64,000 bases of DNA from Clostridia bacterium (GTDB taxonomy: Bacteria; Bacillota; Clostridia; TANB77; UBA1234), in contig JAFWVJ010000012.1 in NCBI GenBank assembly GCA_017518295.1, positions 338,010 to 402,009 on the forward strand. The letters run 5' to 3'. Made by a program: the position numbers and the translations under genes. Positions within the stretch are counted from its first letter, which is position 1. Every line of letters starts with the position of its first letter. Positions 60,552 to 64,000 of the stretch are shown here, in pieces. The notes beneath the pieces are model-generated. The model was given only the letters and a program-made list of their open reading frames with translations. It did no database searches and was not told where the DNA came from.

Positions 60552-60594
60552 TGACCGCCATTACGAATTATGATGGTCATTGACCGCTGTTACG
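60539..60594. repeat. GC-rich palindromic intergenic repeats (REP-like, two units)
   Basis: gtggcggtcattgaccgccattacg...atggtcattgaccgctgttacgg. Confidence 0.7.
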
Positions 60595-60673
60595 GTGATT
60601 ATATAATTTTTTTGGCTATTTTTCAATAAAAAAGGCTGGGAATAGCTCCCAGCCTCAAATGAGTGTATACGTT

Positions 60674-60982
60674 TTACAAACTGTAAAAAGTATGAAGTGC
60701 ATTTTCAACATCATGATGAGCAAGACTAGCTTCTCTACGATACTTAATTGCAGCCCATCTTTTGATAACTCTTTCTTCAAGATATACCAGAGCATCTCCT
60801 GAGTAGGTAGCTCTTATCTCAGCAACATAAGCTAAGAGCCGTTTGGAATTTTCATCTACTTTTTGCATCTTTTGCTCATATGCTTTTTTTCTTTCTGCTT
60901 CACTTAATATAGATGCAGCAATCTTATCTCGGCAGATTTTATTTTGCTTATCTTTTTCTTTTTGTGAATTATATTTAATCAT
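60674..60982 (-). CDS. hypothetical small protein (102 aa)
   Basis: ORF in 5-gene co-oriented cluster next to tRNA-Leu. Confidence 0.4.
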   Translation of the reverse strand: MIKYNSQKEKDKQNKICRDKIAASILSEAERKKAYEQKMQKVDENSKRLLAYVAEIRATYSGDALVYLEERVIKRWAAIKYRREASLAHHDVENALHTFYSL

Positions 60983-60994
60983 TTCTCATTCTCC

Positions 60995-61375
60995 TTATAA
61001 TATAAATTCATTAAGAGAATGATTATGATCTTCACAAAAACTAATAAGTGCTTCTTCCCATCTTTTTTCACATTCTTTAGAAGGAAGTGTAGCTAGCATA
61101 TTGCAAATCATTATATTGGCATTGGTAAGATTCTTATTAAAATTCCGGCTTTCCCATGTTTTTATAAGAACTGCAGCAGGTTTTTCAGCAATTGTTCCAT
61201 CAAATGCTCTATGCATATAGTTAATGAACTTAAGCATTTCTGCTTTTCTAGCTTCTAAGTTATTCTGTCTTCTCAAAAAACGTTCACGAGCAGACTGATC
61301 TTTTTCAGCTTCTTCCATAGATATCTTTACACTCCAGCCACCACACGTATGGTAGCCCCCATAAGTTGAACCCAT
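60995..61375 (-). CDS. hypothetical small protein (126 aa)
   Basis: ORF in 5-gene cluster. Confidence 0.4.
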   Translation of the reverse strand: MGSTYGGYHTCGGWSVKISMEEAEKDQSARERFLRRQNNLEARKAEMLKFINYMHRAFDGTIAEKPAAVLIKTWESRNFNKNLTNANIMICNMLATLPSKECEKRWEEALISFCEDHNHSLNEFIL

Positions 61376-61591
61376 TCTTCCTGCATACCTCCTAATCTTA
61401 ATGATGAAAGAATTTTTTAAAGTAGTCGTAGGCTTTTAGAAATTAGAGTTGGTACTAAGCATTCATAAATAGCTTATAAAATCTTTTTGTAGAACCTTGT
61501 TAGTTTATCATTTTATTAAAATTATGTCAATCAATACTTTTACAATAAAAAAATGTCGCACAATTTGTGCGACATTTAATTTAAGGTAAAA

Positions 61592-62014
61592 TCAGTATGT
61601 ATAGAATTTATTCGGATCCGTTTTTTTGGAAATGGTATTCTTCATGGTAGCAATAAATGTCTCCCAAAAACCCGTTTCGACATCAACTCCTGCCTGCCTA
61701 AGTTCTTCAATGCAGCGAATGAGCTTTCCATAAGGATTCATTCTCATTCCAAGTACATTTAACCTAAGCCGTTGCATCAAAGCAGGTGCCCTTTCCCCTT
61801 CAACGCTATAAATGGCGTTTTCAAGCTTTTTGATCATTTCATCTTCAGCTTCTAGGTTAGCTAGCTTTTTGTCGGCCATTTTACCGGCTCGAACTACATT
61901 TTTGTCCTCTTTTAACATTGAAACAGTTCGATCCTCTCTCCAATATCCATAGGTTCTTGAATTTAGCCGGACTTCCATGCTCAACCTCCTTATCCTTTTA
62001 TCTGTTTTATCCAA
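61592..62014 (-). CDS. hypothetical small protein (140 aa)
   Basis: ORF in 5-gene cluster; overlaps next gene by ~25 nt. Confidence 0.4.
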   Translation of the reverse strand: MDKTDKRIRRLSMEVRLNSRTYGYWREDRTVSMLKEDKNVVRAGKMADKKLANLEAEDEMIKKLENAIYSVEGERAPALMQRLRLNVLGMRMNPYGKLIRCIEELRQAGVDVETGFWETFIATMKNTISKKTDPNKFYTY

Positions 62015-62433
62015 TCATTTATAGCATAAGCTACAGATGTAATGGATTCATCAGAACCTTTGACCATCTCTTCGATTGTCTTTGCAGTGTTTTCATCACC
62101 ATTACGCCTAAACACATCAAGCATATTGTAAAGATACTGAAGCCTAAAGATATGGAAGATTCCATCGGGACTTGAAACCTTGATTTCCCAGTCACGGCCG
62201 CCCCACCAGTTATCATGGTACTTAAAAACACCATCAATGGTAAGAACACCGTATCCAGAATACTCGGTTTCGACCCTCTCATAAACTTCGATTTCTTTGG
62301 TACCAATGCCAAATGAATTTGCATATTTTTTAGCAATCAGTTCATAGGCATTTTGCGCTTCTTTAGCAATCCGCTGAAAATCATTGAGCATCAAAAGATC
62401 ATTTACAGAGAGGTTCATAATAATGCTATCCAT
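61990..62433 (-). CDS. hypothetical small protein (147 aa)
   Basis: ORF in 5-gene cluster; abuts upstream gene. Confidence 0.4.
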   Translation of the reverse strand: MDSIIMNLSVNDLLMLNDFQRIAKEAQNAYELIAKKYANSFGIGTKEIEVYERVETEYSGYGVLTIDGVFKYHDNWWGGRDWEIKVSSPDGIFHIFRLQYLYNMLDVFRRNGDENTAKTIEEMVKGSDESITSVAYAINDWIKQIKG

Positions 62434-62790
62434 TTAATATGCCTCCGTTTTCGAATTGTTGTTGTAAAGAACCTCTGGTTTAACACCATAACCACAACTT
62501 ACAGAAACACGCTCACGGTTAAAGTTCATAATAACTTTCCACGGGAAAGCTCTGGGACTAATCCCACAAGATTTTGCTATGTCAGTAAGAAAAGCACAAG
62601 GATAAGTATCGGTAGTAATAGAGAAATAGGGGCATCTTGAAGTCTCCTTCTCGATTGCCTGGGCCAAACTCGTTTCGAACAGGTCGATATTACAGATTCC
62701 GCAATGGAGATTGCGAAGTCCATCGGCCCACCATTTTGCGGCAACCTTAATGTACTCTTTCACCTTGAAAATCCCCTCCATATGAAGCAT
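62434..62790 (-). CDS. hypothetical Cys-containing small protein (118 aa)
   Basis: first gene of 5-gene cluster; CGICN...CPYF...CAF...CGYG cysteines. Confidence 0.4.
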   Translation of the reverse strand: MLHMEGIFKVKEYIKVAAKWWADGLRNLHCGICNIDLFETSLAQAIEKETSRCPYFSITTDTYPCAFLTDIAKSCGISPRAFPWKVIMNFNRERVSVSCGYGVKPEVLYNNNSKTEAY

Positions 62791-62939
62791 TTAGTCAATA
62801 TAATTGCCTACCTAGGGATTAAAAAAATTATATTGCCATTTGATATTGTATCATATGGTTAACATAAATGCAAGGTAAAAAAGCAAAAAAAGAAAGCCCA
62901 AAGACAATTGTGAATTCAACGTCTAAAGACCTTCTATAA

Positions 62940-63027
62940 TGGTGCTCGAGACCGGAATCGAACCGGTACGGTTTATTCAACCGCAGGATTTTAAGTCCTG
63001 TGCGTCTGCCTGTTCCGCCACTCGAGC
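62940..63027 (-). tRNA. tRNA-Leu (anticodon TAA), CCA encoded
   Basis: acceptor GCTCGAG/CTCGAGC, anticodon loop CUUAAAA, long variable arm, T-arm ACCGGTTCGATTCCGGT, ACCA 3' end. Confidence 0.85.
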
Positions 63028-63036
63028 ATATATAAA

Positions 63037-63078
63037 TAAAAGACAAGACTCATAATAACATCTTGTCTTTTAAAAGTC
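63037..63078 (-). terminator. rho-independent terminator after 63110-63424 gene
   Basis: aaagacaagatgttattatgagtcttgtcttt hairpin on minus strand. Confidence 0.4.
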
Positions 63079-63109
63079 AATAAATTTACTAAATATTTGT
63101 TCTTAAAGA

Positions 63110-63424
63110 TTATTTCTTTTTGTACTCAGAACATACCTCTACATGACCATATGTAGGGTTTCCTTCACTAAAAGAATTATATGTGTAATTGCAACCAGCA
63201 TTATTATCCCAGTTTCCATCTTGATCTCTAAAGCAGAAATTTAAATCTGCTCCTGTTGGAATAGTAACTTCTGTTTTATAACAATATTTAAGTTTTCTCA
63301 TTTTGCATTCAGCTACACCTTCCCAAGTTTCACCAATGCCATAGTGTAAATAGATAGTTTTAGCTCCATCTAATGATCCGTTATATTTAAGTGTTAAATT
63401 TTCTTCTTTTGGTCTTCTTCCCAT
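63110..63424 (-). CDS. small protein with CBM25/26-like carbohydrate-binding fold
   Basis: IYLHYGIGETWEGVAECKM...FCFRDQDGNWDNNAGCNY pattern. Confidence 0.4.
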   Translation of the reverse strand: MGRRPKEENLTLKYNGSLDGAKTIYLHYGIGETWEGVAECKMRKLKYCYKTEVTIPTGADLNFCFRDQDGNWDNNAGCNYTYNSFSEGNPTYGHVEVCSEYKKK

Positions 63425-63830
63425 CTTTTTTCTCTCCTTAAAATCGTATAAATTTTAAACTTATTTTAATTTTAATCTAACAAAAAATTTTTTTCAATAT
63501 TTTTTATCTTTTTTATATTAATTTTTTGTTACAAACAAAACTCTTGTTTTTCAACGCTTTGAAGGCAATTGTTATAATAAAAAAAGTCTAAAAAAATAAT
63601 AAATTATAAAATAATTATATTTTTTCTATATAAAATATGTTTTTTTCTATTTATTTGAATTTTTTATTAATTTAGATTTTTTATTATTTAATTTAGTTTT
63701 TTATTTTGTTTTTATTCTTTTTTATATTATTTTTTTAATTTTATTAGTATTGTATTTTTATTTAAATAAATATAGAATTAAAATATCAACAGCACATTAC
63801 TATGGTGCTAAATAAATAGGAGGAATAAAT

Positions 63831-64000
63831 ATGGGAAAATTTGTTATTAAAACATCAGATGCTGGTTGCAAATTTAATCTTGTTGCAGGTAATGGTCAAA
63901 TAATTGGTACTTCTCAAGTTTATAGTTCAATGGATGCTTGTAAAAATGGAATTGAAAGTGTAAAAACTAATGCTCCAGTAGCAGGTATTGAAGATCAAAC
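63831..64000 (+). CDS. YegP/DUF1508-family protein (partial, runs off window)
   Basis: MGKFVIKTSDAGCKFNLVAGNGQIIGTSQVYSSMDACKNGIESVKTNA; SD aggagg at 63816. Confidence 0.6.
   Translation, partial: MGKFVIKTSDAGCKFNLVAGNGQIIGTSQVYSSMDACKNGIESVKTNAPVAGIEDQ

Overview
This is an AT-rich, low-GC Firmicutes (Clostridia-like) chromosomal segment, and most genes are on the minus strand. All calls come from reading the supplied six-frame translations and the DNA by eye; no searches or computations were run.

The housekeeping backbone is recognisable by motif:
- prfB, carrying the canonical CTT-TGA-C programmed +1 frameshift
- dnaB, rplI and gdpP in the conserved gdpP-rplI-dnaB order
- mscL, a MacB/FtsX-type ABC system, and a carD/cdnL-family regulator
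- a HelD/UvrD-like helicase, radA, a HAD hydrolase, pgi and a DivIVA-domain protein
- an Amidase_3 cell-wall hydrolase and mfd
- a TIGR03960/TIGR03936 radical-SAM pair, tRNA-Leu(TAA), and a partial YegP/DUF1508 gene at the window end

Accessory content, from left to right:
1. A minus-strand operon (500-4237) of an XRE regulator, an ImmA/IrrE metallopeptidase fused to a Fic domain, a GPGGGLYTGP tandem-repeat protein and two unknown proteins.
2. A surface-polysaccharide locus (4361-12973): Wzx flippase, Stealth phosphotransferase, a frameshifted Wzy polymerase, two GT2 and one GT4 glycosyltransferases, an initiating sugar transferase and GtrA. It continues through duplicated VanZ and GtrA paralogs, a CpsB tyrosine phosphatase and an embedded Phd/YefM-RelE/ParE toxin-antitoxin pair.
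3. A dispersed family of GC-rich palindromic intergenic repeats (REP-like) at 13 or more loci.
4. Several single-gene blocks of GC-rich, foreign-looking codon usage at 17378-18079, 34284-34883, 38172-39824 and 57054-57860.
5. Best candidate for a novel system: a GC-rich two-gene insert at 38172-39824, an uncalled 54-aa Cys-containing peptide followed by a radical SAM/SPASM enzyme with an N-terminal extension. It is RiPP-like, and sits immediately upstream of native-looking P-loop NTPase and C39-like peptidase genes.

mfd and wzy each carry a single-nucleotide frameshift, which is either a pseudogene or a sequencing error. No CRISPR array, rRNA, transposase or integrase gene is visible in the window.
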